From an uncultured Myxococcota bacterium (GTDB taxonomy: Bacteria > Myxococcota_A > UBA796): DNA of 64,000 nt. The stretch is from contig CBFIFY010000013.1 of assembly GCA_965661985.1 (NCBI GenBank), forward strand, positions 998-64,997, given 5' to 3'. Below are positions 18,766 to 27,681 of this stretch, in pieces. The position numbers and the translations under genes are program-made. Within the stretch, counting starts at the first letter, position 1, and each line of letters starts with the position of its first letter. The notes under the pieces were generated by a model. The model saw nothing but the letters and a program-made list of their open reading frames with translations. It had not been told where the DNA came from and searched no databases.

Positions 18766-19818
18766 TTAACACGATTGGGCACAGATGTGTGCATCCAAAG
18801 TTGGATTCATAATGGCAAACCACAACGGTGGAAAAAGGGCCAATACGATCATGGCAGGGTAGCCAGCTGGAAGTTGTGGAGCATCCTCGTAATGTTTGAG
18901 GATTTGATAGGGGCGTTTGGCATGGGCATGGTGATCTGAGTGTCGAGTCAGTTCAAAGAGCACCAGTCGACCAACAGAACGATTGCAGTTCCAAGAATGA
19001 TGTGGTTGAACTCTTTCGAAACGTCCACGTTTTGTTTCTGCACGTTCCAGTCCATAGTGCTCCAAATAGTTGATGGTTTCCAACAGAAGGATGCCAATTA
19101 GAGCCGATAGAACAAAAGAGAGTAGGGCGATTCCCCCAAAGATCACAGCGATGGACATCATGAGAAACGATTGAACTCCAACAAAGTGCCACATTTGATT
19201 GTTGAATGGCGACAAATCCTTCTTTGAAATGCGACGATTCTCAATCTCCCAGGCCGATTTCCAAGAACCAGGAATGGACTGGAGCCAAAATGCATATACC
19301 GTTTGATTCTTGCGGGAAGAAGCAGGATCATTTTTGGTGGCGACATGACGATGGTGACCAAAATTGTGTTCAATGATGAAGTGCATATACAAAGAAGACA
19401 GCAACAAGGTCTTCGCTGCAAGTTGTGGCAATCGCCCATTTCGATGTCCCAGTTCGTGTGCGACGTTGATCCCAAAAGTACCACAACAAATCCCCAGACT
19501 AAAAACCAGTCCAAGCCAGTGTGTATTGAGATCAGTCAGCGACATATCGGCAACGGTGACACAAAGCGTATAGAGCAATCCCCATTGCAAAGGCACCAAG
19601 AGATACAAGGGGATATCAAATTGCCACTGACGAGTGCGAGTTTGTTCGTGTTCTTTATCAAAATCAACAGACTGTTCTGGGAATATCTCATCGAGAATTG
19701 GCAACAAAATAAAAGCAATGAATGGGAGAGCCCAAGCAAATTCGTGCCATCCAGTCATCGCCCCAAATGCAACAGCAGGAAAGAGAAACGCAACAAAGTA
19801 GTGAATGAAAGATGCCAT
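18766..19818 (-). CDS. alkB: Alkane 1-monooxygenase (membrane non-heme di-iron)
   Basis: All four diagnostic motifs: HELGH, EHNFGHH, NYLEHYG, RHSDHHAH. Also APQLPAGYP. Start placed at ATG 19818. Confidence 0.92.
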   Translation of the reverse strand: MASFIHYFVAFLFPAVAFGAMTGWHEFAWALPFIAFILLPILDEIFPEQSVDFDKEHEQTRTRQWQFDIPLYLLVPLQWGLLYTLCVTVADMSLTDLNTHWLGLVFSLGICCGTFGINVAHELGHRNGRLPQLAAKTLLLSSLYMHFIIEHNFGHHRHVATKNDPASSRKNQTVYAFWLQSIPGSWKSAWEIENRRISKKDLSPFNNQMWHFVGVQSFLMMSIAVIFGGIALLSFVLSALIGILLLETINYLEHYGLERAETKRGRFERVQPHHSWNCNRSVGRLVLFELTRHSDHHAHAKRPYQILKHYEDAPQLPAGYPAMIVLALFPPLWFAIMNPTLDAHICAQSC

Positions 19819-19839
19819 GAAGACCCCATACAAGAAAAT

Positions 19840-19894
19840 ATTTGAATCAAATGTATATATAACAAATGTTATAGTATTTTTTTGACATTCGCAA
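19840..19894 (-). promoter_or_regulatory. Putative alkB promoter with palindromic operators
   Basis: Minus-strand TTGCGA-N17-TAACAT. Inverted repeats TATAACA-AA-TGTTATA (19858-19873, overlapping the -10) and ATTTGA-A-TCAAAT (19840-19852). Confidence 0.5.
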
Positions 19895-19987
19895 CACAAA
19901 ATTTCATTGTGTCGAATTTTTATGCCATCAGACGGTCGAACAATAAGGTTGCAGTCGAACATGTAAGTGGGACTTGTCCTAAAACAG

Positions 19988-20013
19988 AAAAGGCTTCCAC
20001 ATGGAAGCCTTTT
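19988..20013 (-). terminator. Rho-independent terminator after actF
   Basis: AAAAGGCTTCCA-CA-TGGAAGCCTTTT perfect inverted repeat with T/A tails. Confidence 0.8.
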
Positions 20014-20031
20014 GTTCTACACCGTATCAAC

Positions 20032-21411
20032 TCAGTGGTGTGCGTGTACGTGTACTTCACGAGGATCTGGTTGCATGTATGGATCGGCAACCACTGCACC
20101 AGGATACTTGCTGAGGTAATTTGTTACGACGAAGAGGAACAAGCCCAAGAATCCAAGTCCCATTCCCACTTCAATGAAGCCGAATGGCAAGCCAGTGATT
20201 GGAGAACCGTCTTCGTTGACCATCCAGTATGAGTGGATGCTTGGAACGTTGGTAATGTATCGCTCCAACCAAATACCAAATGCGGTCAAACATGCTGCAG
20301 CCAAGTATTTCTTTGGTTGTTTCTTCAAACCACGAGACAAGAAGATGACGAATGGTGCACCAAAGCAGAGAACCAATGTGACCAATGTCATGGTACCGAA
20401 TACTTCACCGTGTGTACGGTACAAGATAAATCCGATTTCTTCTGTCATGTTTCCATACCAGATTGGCAGGTACTGAGCGAAGGTTGTGTATCCCCAGAAC
20501 ATCGTGAATGCGAAGGTCAACTTACCCAAGTCGTGGTAGAAATTGCGTTCCATCAACTTCTCTGTACCCAATGTCTTTGAGGTTGAGATGGTGAAGATTG
20601 CTGTCCAAACCAATCCCGACCAAATCGCAGACATGAAGTACCAGGCAGGGTACATGTTGGCGAAGAAGTAGGGGGCCAATGACATAGATAAGTCCACTGC
20701 AACAACAGAGTAAATGACGGCATAGCCAATGGCGATCACCGGTGCGAGATTGATCATCTTTGTTTGGGCTTTCTCGATTTCAGCTTCATCGCCTTCCCAA
20801 GTGCCGATCAGTTTGTTCCAAGACTCTGGTGGGGTCAGTCCCATCTTTTCCATTGCGCCCTTGGCAACACCCAAGTCAGCACGACGGCCTATTTTACAGA
20901 AGTGCAACGACAAGAATGTCATCAGTCCCAAGCCAATGATTTGACGTGCCCAGAAAAATCCTGTGTCAAAGTAGGTCGCTTTGTGGTGTGCACCAGCGGC
21001 GGCCAATCCATCATGGCCTTGGTGGTGCCAAGGGAATACTTCAATTCCTCCAAGTGCGAGGAATACAAGCAACAACCCATAGGAGACCGGCAGAAATTGT
21101 GCCAATCCTTCAGCCACTCGCTTGAATCGACGTGTCCAACGGGCATACGTAGTGACACCAATCACGGTCATCAAGAAACCACCTTGGGCGGCACCATTGA
21201 AGTACATGAAGTTTTGAATGAAGGAGCCTTGAACACGGAGCGTGTTCTCGTGGGCACCAAAGTTTACATCGTGTCCAGGTGTGAACAATCCATAAGCTGT
21301 TGCAGCCGCACCAACTGCCATCAACCCAAAACAAATGTTTCTTAGATTGTTGTTGGGCTTTCGATCTGCAACCGATTGGTAAACCGGAGTATAATCAGGA
21401 GCATGACTCAT
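20032..21411 (-). CDS. actF: Alternative complex III subunit F
   Basis: Polytopic NrfD-paralog: DLSMSLAP.F, YHDLGKL.FAF..FWGY..FAQYLPIWYGN..EE; last gene of the operon. Confidence 0.88.
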   Translation of the reverse strand: MSHAPDYTPVYQSVADRKPNNNLRNICFGLMAVGAAATAYGLFTPGHDVNFGAHENTLRVQGSFIQNFMYFNGAAQGGFLMTVIGVTTYARWTRRFKRVAEGLAQFLPVSYGLLLVFLALGGIEVFPWHHQGHDGLAAAGAHHKATYFDTGFFWARQIIGLGLMTFLSLHFCKIGRRADLGVAKGAMEKMGLTPPESWNKLIGTWEGDEAEIEKAQTKMINLAPVIAIGYAVIYSVVAVDLSMSLAPYFFANMYPAWYFMSAIWSGLVWTAIFTISTSKTLGTEKLMERNFYHDLGKLTFAFTMFWGYTTFAQYLPIWYGNMTEEIGFILYRTHGEVFGTMTLVTLVLCFGAPFVIFLSRGLKKQPKKYLAAACLTAFGIWLERYITNVPSIHSYWMVNEDGSPITGLPFGFIEVGMGLGFLGLFLFVVTNYLSKYPGAVVADPYMQPDPREVHVHAHH

Positions 21412-21447
21412 AGTGAATCTCCAAAAGAACGATAAAAATAAAGTGAA

Positions 21448-22080
21448 TTAATCAGCGAAGTTTTTGCCAGGAAGATCTTTGATGTAGTGGATGGCTGCCC
21501 AAATTTCTTCATCCGACATTGCATGTCCGTATGCCGGCATTTTTCCACGACCATTTCTGATCAACAGGTACAGCTCGTTGTTCGTCTTCATTGCGCCTGC
21601 TCCGTAGGCTCCTATTTTGGATCCATCGAGCATGTGAATGTTGGGAATTCCTACAAAACGACCGGTTTGTTGCAATGGCCATGTATCTTCAGAAAGCGTC
21701 TTTCCAGTTCCTTTGATTCCATGGCATGTTTGACAATAGGTACGGAAGGCAACTTCACCAGTTTCCAATACGTATGCAGACTTCTCTTCCCCTTTGAATG
21801 GGTCTTCCAATTCTGCTCCTGGAGCGGCTTGCATGATGGTGATCACACCACCCGAAGACTTCCAGTCAGCTTCAACTTGTGCAGGGTCCATGTGTTCTAA
21901 ACCATTTGGACGATGTTTGCTGGTGACAACCTCTTCTTCGAGGTCTGCCATTGGGGCTTCGTAGCCACGGATAAACAAAGAGTCTACCATGTCAATGTCC
22001 CAAGGGAACGCGCCTGCCATGGTGGTCAGACCAAAGAATAAGGCTGTTGCGCCAAGTGTCTTTTTCATAGATTGTGTCAT
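21448..22080 (-). CDS. actE: Alternative complex III monoheme cytochrome c subunit E
   Basis: Single CQTCHG, distal Met in GKMPAYG, IWAAIHYI; position in the operon. Confidence 0.85.
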   Translation of the reverse strand: MTQSMKKTLGATALFFGLTTMAGAFPWDIDMVDSLFIRGYEAPMADLEEEVVTSKHRPNGLEHMDPAQVEADWKSSGGVITIMQAAPGAELEDPFKGEEKSAYVLETGEVAFRTYCQTCHGIKGTGKTLSEDTWPLQQTGRFVGIPNIHMLDGSKIGAYGAGAMKTNNELYLLIRNGRGKMPAYGHAMSDEEIWAAIHYIKDLPGKNFAD

Positions 22081-22095
22081 GTCTTTTCCTCCGCC

Positions 22096-22887
22096 TTACT
22101 TTACTGTACGATAGGATGGAGCGACAGCACCGCTCTTGTAGTTGTAATTGTTTTCTTGAAGTGTGTCGGCAACTGTGTATTGATGCAACATTTTGACACC
22201 CAAGAAGGAGGCGATCACAAAGATTGTTACTGCAAGTGTGAGTTTTGCCAGCAAGCTTGTGTCCGGTTCGTCGGGCTCGACCATTGACTCTGGTGAATTC
22301 TCATCAAACACGCGGTCTTGAACGGGTTCGCGCTCGATGGACCAACCGTTGACCACTTCCATTGCACCTTCATCGTTCATGATTTTTGATGCATCATCCG
22401 CACGGTTTCTGGGCAAATCGTTGATGACCAAACCGAACTTGTCATCTGAGAAGCGAGGGTCACAAACTTCTACTTGAAGCTTTCCAGCAGTGTGAAGACG
22501 AGTCAACAACACCATACCGAGCAATGTGAACAAACACCCCCACAACACTGTTGATTCAAACGCGATCACAATGAATGCTGGAATCGAAACCAATGGTTTT
22601 CCTGCAGGAATGATCATCGGCCAGTTCAAGTGGGTGATGGAAGCCAAAGAGAACCCCATTGTTCCACCGAAGATGGCACCAGTCATGGTGAACCAGCGAA
22701 TAGGACTGGGCTTTCCTCTATAAATGGCCTCTTCCAAATCGTGTCGAGGAAGAGGAGACATCACCATGTAGTCTTTGATGCCGTTCTTCTCCAACTTGTC
22801 AATGGCGTTGACCAATGAGTCTAAGTGTTCGAAAACACCTTTCACAGTACCGTTTTGGGCTGTGTTTTCGTAAAAGGGCGCGCTCAT
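22096..22887 (-). CDS. actD: Alternative complex III subunit D (DUF3341) with a C-terminal extension
   Basis: SPLP.H, GAIFGG, WP...GKP..S.PAFIVIAFE.TVL and DPRFSDDKFG motifs. Confidence 0.87.
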   Translation of the reverse strand: MSAPFYENTAQNGTVKGVFEHLDSLVNAIDKLEKNGIKDYMVMSPLPRHDLEEAIYRGKPSPIRWFTMTGAIFGGTMGFSLASITHLNWPMIIPAGKPLVSIPAFIVIAFESTVLWGCLFTLLGMVLLTRLHTAGKLQVEVCDPRFSDDKFGLVINDLPRNRADDASKIMNDEGAMEVVNGWSIEREPVQDRVFDENSPESMVEPDEPDTSLLAKLTLAVTIFVIASFLGVKMLHQYTVADTLQENNYNYKSGAVAPSYRTVK

Positions 22888-24278
22888 GCTGCCTCCTCGT
22901 CAGATTTCAATGGGGGACGTACCAATTCTTTGATTTCAGCGATGGCTACAGAAGGCATGACGCGGATGAACAGAAGGAACCATACGAAGAACCAACCGAA
23001 TGAACCTGCCATGATGCCCCACTCTACCCAGTTTGGATTGTACAAAGTCCAAGCCGCAGGGTCATACTGGTGAGCCAAGGCCGAAGCGATAATGTTGTAT
23101 CGCTCAAACCACATACCAATGTTGATGAAGATGGAGATGACGAACAAGATTGTGTAATTGCGTCGCCACGACTTCTTCCACCAAACCAAAGGTGCAATAC
23201 AGTTACAGAATACCATCATCATGAAAACCCAGTCGTACTCACCAAACAAGCGATACTCGAAGATTCCCCACTCATATGGATTGTCTGAATACCATGCGAT
23301 GTAGTGTTCTACACCGTAAGCGTAAGTCAAAATCCCACCGGTCAACAAGCACATCTTCGCCAATGACTCCAAGTGCCACACACCGATGTACACATCTTGT
23401 GCATGCTTGTCGTGCTCATGAGTAACGCGTTTTCCATCTGGACCGATGTCCCAACCGAACATGGCTGACAATGGAAGCATCAGGGTAATTACCATCGCAC
23501 AACCAGAGAAGATTGCACCAGCTACGAAGTATGGTGGGAAAAGAGTCGAGTGCCAACCCATTGTTTGAGCCATCGCAAAGTCCCAAGATACCACTGAGTG
23601 TACAGAAAGTACAAGGGGTGTTGCGAATGCAGCGAAGAAGCCGTATGCCGCCATGTAGTGACGCCACTGACGGTCCGTTCCACGCCATCCCACAGCCATA
23701 GCCTTGTAGATTTGGTGAACGGCACCACGAGTACGGTCACGAACAGAAGCGATGTCTGGAATCAAACCAATGTAGAAGAAGATGGTTGATACTGAGAAAT
23801 ATGTTGAAACAGCGAATACGTCCCACATCAAGGGTGACTTAAAGTTCTGCCACAACTGACGTTGGTTTGGATACGGGAACAACCAGTAAGCATTCCAAGC
23901 TCGACCAACGTGGATGGCAGGGAACAATGCTGCTGTCATAACCGCAAAGATGGTCATGGCCTCAGAAGCACGGTAAACACCGGTTCTCCATTTGGAACGG
24001 AATAGGAACAACACAGCGGAAATCAATGTCCCAGCGTGACCAATACCCACCCAAAATACGAAAGTGGTAATGTATACACCCCAAAATACAGGTGGTTGAT
24101 AACCTGCAGCACCAAGACCACGAGTCAGCTGGAAGTACCAGCAATATCCACCGTATGTCATGATGGCCACCGCTAAGCCCAACAGGGCAAAATAGCCGGC
24201 GGAGGATTTGAACATTGGGCGAAGAATGTCTTCGGTGACTTTTGAATAAGTCAGCTTTGCTTCATTCGGGTTTGCCAC
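22884..24278 (-). CDS. actC: Alternative complex III quinol-oxidising subunit C (NrfD/PsrC family)
   Basis: FVFWVGIGHAGTLISA, SPLMWDVFAVSTY, PLVLSVHSVVSWDFA and GMWFER motifs. Confidence 0.95.
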   Translation of the reverse strand: MANPNEAKLTYSKVTEDILRPMFKSSAGYFALLGLAVAIMTYGGYCWYFQLTRGLGAAGYQPPVFWGVYITTFVFWVGIGHAGTLISAVLFLFRSKWRTGVYRASEAMTIFAVMTAALFPAIHVGRAWNAYWLFPYPNQRQLWQNFKSPLMWDVFAVSTYFSVSTIFFYIGLIPDIASVRDRTRGAVHQIYKAMAVGWRGTDRQWRHYMAAYGFFAAFATPLVLSVHSVVSWDFAMAQTMGWHSTLFPPYFVAGAIFSGCAMVITLMLPLSAMFGWDIGPDGKRVTHEHDKHAQDVYIGVWHLESLAKMCLLTGGILTYAYGVEHYIAWYSDNPYEWGIFEYRLFGEYDWVFMMMVFCNCIAPLVWWKKSWRRNYTILFVISIFINIGMWFERYNIIASALAHQYDPAAWTLYNPNWVEWGIMAGSFGWFFVWFLLFIRVMPSVAIAEIKELVRPPLKSDEEAA

Positions 24279-24327
24279 GATAAACTCCTAGTTTTCCAAT
24301 AGAAGAAGTGAGATTCAGTAAAAGGGA

Positions 24328-27300
24328 TTAGTGAGAGTCGCCGTTGTGGGCGTCGTCATGTCCGTGTCCATCATCATGACCATGTCCGTCACCGTGTCCA
24401 GCATCATGTCCGCCATGATGAAGGAAGGTTTCGTCTGCATGAACAATGCGCGTCAAGTAGGCAACACCAGGTTTGGTATTGAGTTCATTCAACATCTTGA
24501 ATGCACGGCGATCTTCAAACTGCTTTGCAACAGTACTTTCTTGATCTTTCAAGTTTCCAAACGTGATCGCATCAGAAGGACAGGCTGAAGCGCAAGCCGT
24601 AATCTTGGAATAGTCACCAGTGGATGGCATTCCTTGTTTGAAGTCACGTTGGTCGCGCCACTCATCTTTGAATTCACGGATGCGTTGGATACAGAACGTA
24701 CATTTTTCCATGACACCCATTTCGCGAACCAAAACATTTGGGTTCAACATCAAGTTGAATGATTCTGGCCATCGGAAAGAGTGGAAGTTGAAACGACGAG
24801 CAGAGTATGGACAGTTGTTTGCACAATAACGAGTTCCCACACAACGGTTGTAGATCATCGCGTTCAATCCGTCCAAGTTGTGGTATGTCGCCAATACTGG
24901 ACAAACACCTTCACAAGGGGCATGAGAGCACTGTTGACACATTACAGGTTGGAAACGAACATCCGCTTTACCAGTTTCTTGTACATCGGTACCTTCCCAG
25001 TAACGAGACATGCGAATCCATCCCATGTTACGACCCAAGCGAACCTGTTCTGGGCCAACCACAGCGACATTGTTTTCAGCATAGCAAGCAGCAGCACACG
25101 CGTTGCAACCATTGCACTTGTTGAGATCAATGGCCATCGCAAAGCGATACGTCGGATGCTCTGGTTCAGGATACATGTCTGTCAGTTTGGCCATTCCAGA
25201 GTTGCCTTCTGGATCGAAACGGTTGGTGGTTTTGCGAGAACGCATCGCCATTGAAGTTTCTGGAAGGTGATGCTCAGGCACTGTAGAGCCAGCACCGGTT
25301 AATTTCCCATCTTTGAAGTCCACCATACTGGTTGTAAAGTTGACATAGCGGCCATTTGTGGTCAGTGTGTCACTTTTTACAAGGTCGTTCTGTGGTGAAG
25401 GTTCGTTTCGCTCATCGTTTGCAGCCACATTTGCTTTTGTTCCACTGAACGTCAAATTTCCAGCGCCGTCAAATCCATGATTGATGATGGAGATTGGATT
25501 TTCACCGATTTCAGCATATCGACCAGAAGATGCTTTACCACCACCAACAACCAAACCGATTGTATCTGGTCGGACGCCAGGAACACCGTACCAACCAACT
25601 TTGATATCTCCGTTTGCGGTTGTCAGTGTTACGCCTTTATTTTTCTTCAAGCCCAACTTTTCTGCTGTGGAAGGGTGAACCTCAATCCACGTTCCCCAAC
25701 TGAAGTTTGTGATTGGATCAGGGATCTCACGTGCCCATGGCTTGTTTGAGTGACGGCCCATACCAGTATAAGGGTGTGGGAAGAGTACAAGATCGTATTC
25801 ACCAGAACCTTCGAAAACGCCAGCCGCAATCTTTGGCAGTGCCGACAAGCCCCACGTTGGAGTGATGGTTGCAACATTTGCGTTGAAGACACCACTTTTC
25901 AATGTATCCATCCAAAACTGACGGAAGAGTTTGCTTCCACCGTTGCCTTTGTATTTTGGATAAACAGTGGCTTCCCACCATGACTTCAAGTAGTCAAAGA
26001 ATGTACCAGCGTCCAAACCAGGCGCGGGTGCTGCAGCAACAACGGGTTGTTCGATTGCTTCAGAATCATTGTCAGTATTTTCAGCCGTGACTTCATTTTC
26101 TGGAATTTCATCAACAGCTTCATCCGTAGCAGGAGGAACGACCACAGCAGCTTTGAGACCTTTGCTGGCTGCAACCGACAACAAGATGTCTTCAGCAGAC
26201 ATGATGACATTGCCATTTACAGGCTTCATTGCGGCTTGTGAAATGCTGTGAATTCCCAATGTGGCTTCTGAATCACCCCATTTTTCCAAACTGGTACCTA
26301 CAGGAAGGACGAGTGCACTGTCGACAATACCATCGTTCTTCTCATTTGAGAATACGATGAGATTTTTGACGCCAGCCAATGCTTGTTTCATTCCTGACTT
26401 TTCTGAGAATACGTATCCAAGGTCAACACCGTCAACGAACAACGTCCCACCTTTGGCGCCTTGGACTGCATTCAAGACGTCCTGTGAAGATGCTGAGAAT
26501 TCAAACTCAGTGTGTGGACCGTACACTACAGACTTTCCAACATTGCCTGCGACTTCATTGATCAACAATGTAGCGATGGCCAAGTTCAATCCATTAGAAC
26601 CACTGAGTGATTCCGTACCACCAGGAAGTGCAACCGAACCATGGCTGCTCAAAGATTCTACCAAACTGTCTACCAATTTCGTATTGGCTCCGGCATCTGC
26701 AATCAGTTTGTCAGCATTGATAGAGGCGAGAAGGCTTGCAGCGGCACCAGTGTATCCTTTTTTGTCAGCGAGTTTCTTTGCGACTGCAAATGCGACAAGT
26801 GATTCATTTCCTGCTTTTGTGCTGATGTGTATATCAGAGTTTGTATTGGTCAATCCCATACGAGAGCCAACGGAGAACATGTTCGAAACGAAATCCCCGT
26901 GGGTTGGATCTTTGGACTTTGACCAGCCTTGAGCCATTGAAACGCTTCCTTCTGAGTTGAGGAAGTCCATACCAAAGTTGACGATGGTGTGTGCATCTTC
27001 AAGCTTGAATGTTGGAACACCGTTGATTCCAAAGATTTGCTTGGATGCAATGCGCACAGCACTGTTGTCTAATTCATCCCAGTAAAGAACAGAACCATTG
27101 AGGGCTTCTACGACAAACTGCTTTACAACTGCGTTGCTTGCACCACTTCTAGGACGTCCGATCCAAGTCACTTTACCAGCGCTTGCTGATGCCACTGTTT
27201 TCAACGCATCTTCCCAAGATACAGATGCGCCACCTTTCATTGGACCTTGGATTCGATCCGGAGAATATGTTTCTTGGAGACCCGTTTGACCTCGGAAGCA

Positions 27301-27588
27301 AATGTTGCCGTTTGACAATGGGTGATTTGGATTTCCTTCAACATTGAGAACTCGTCCTTCACGATTTTTTGCCAAAATACCACAGCCCTCTGAGCATTGG
27401 TCACAAATGCTTGTGATGTAACTGGCGTTTCCTGGCTCGATCTCTTCTGGTTGAGCAACGTATGGATAAGCATGCTCGATGGGCACCATTGGATCCCAAG
27501 AAATTGGATCTGCACTACATGCGGCTGCTGTAGCAGTTGTACCCAAACCAATGGCTTTTAAGAACTCTCTTCGGTTAATTTTCATCAT
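24328..27588 (-). CDS. actB: Alternative complex III subunit B (Tat lipoprotein; molybdopterin-oxidoreductase-like domain fused to an Fe-S domain)
   Basis: Tat motif NRREFLK and lipobox AAAC. Fe-S motifs CNGCNACAAAC, CQQC..APCEGVCP, CVGTRYCANNCP, EKCTFC..TACASACP. His-rich tail. Confidence 0.93.
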   Translation of the reverse strand: MMKINRREFLKAIGLGTTATAAACSADPISWDPMVPIEHAYPYVAQPEEIEPGNASYITSICDQCSEGCGILAKNREGRVLNVEGNPNHPLSNGNICFRGQTGLQETYSPDRIQGPMKGGASVSWEDALKTVASASAGKVTWIGRPRSGASNAVVKQFVVEALNGSVLYWDELDNSAVRIASKQIFGINGVPTFKLEDAHTIVNFGMDFLNSEGSVSMAQGWSKSKDPTHGDFVSNMFSVGSRMGLTNTNSDIHISTKAGNESLVAFAVAKKLADKKGYTGAAASLLASINADKLIADAGANTKLVDSLVESLSSHGSVALPGGTESLSGSNGLNLAIATLLINEVAGNVGKSVVYGPHTEFEFSASSQDVLNAVQGAKGGTLFVDGVDLGYVFSEKSGMKQALAGVKNLIVFSNEKNDGIVDSALVLPVGTSLEKWGDSEATLGIHSISQAAMKPVNGNVIMSAEDILLSVAASKGLKAAVVVPPATDEAVDEIPENEVTAENTDNDSEAIEQPVVAAAPAPGLDAGTFFDYLKSWWEATVYPKYKGNGGSKLFRQFWMDTLKSGVFNANVATITPTWGLSALPKIAAGVFEGSGEYDLVLFPHPYTGMGRHSNKPWAREIPDPITNFSWGTWIEVHPSTAEKLGLKKNKGVTLTTANGDIKVGWYGVPGVRPDTIGLVVGGGKASSGRYAEIGENPISIINHGFDGAGNLTFSGTKANVAANDERNEPSPQNDLVKSDTLTTNGRYVNFTTSMVDFKDGKLTGAGSTVPEHHLPETSMAMRSRKTTNRFDPEGNSGMAKLTDMYPEPEHPTYRFAMAIDLNKCNGCNACAAACYAENNVAVVGPEQVRLGRNMGWIRMSRYWEGTDVQETGKADVRFQPVMCQQCSHAPCEGVCPVLATYHNLDGLNAMIYNRCVGTRYCANNCPYSARRFNFHSFRWPESFNLMLNPNVLVREMGVMEKCTFCIQRIREFKDEWRDQRDFKQGMPSTGDYSKITACASACPSDAITFGNLKDQESTVAKQFEDRRAFKMLNELNTKPGVAYLTRIVHADETFLHHGGHDAGHGDGHGHDDGHGHDDAHNGDSH

Positions 27589-27630
27589 GGTTGTCAACCT
27601 CTAGAATAAATACAAAATCAGATTGTTTGC

Positions 27631-27678
27631 GGTCGAAGTATTGGTGTCATTGTTTTCACGATCCAATACTTTGAAACC
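27631..27678. other. Intergenic hairpin between actA and actB
   Basis: TCGAAGTATTGG (27633-27644) pairs with CCAATACTTTGA (27663-27674). Confidence 0.5.
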
Positions 27679-27681
27679 AAA

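Noticed and set aside
18766-21411. Co-transcription of ACIII with alkB as an electron-supply module
   Set aside because: A strong terminator (19988-20013) and a separate AT-rich promoter/operator lie between them. ACIII redox centres are periplasmic whereas AlkB is reduced from the cytoplasmic side.
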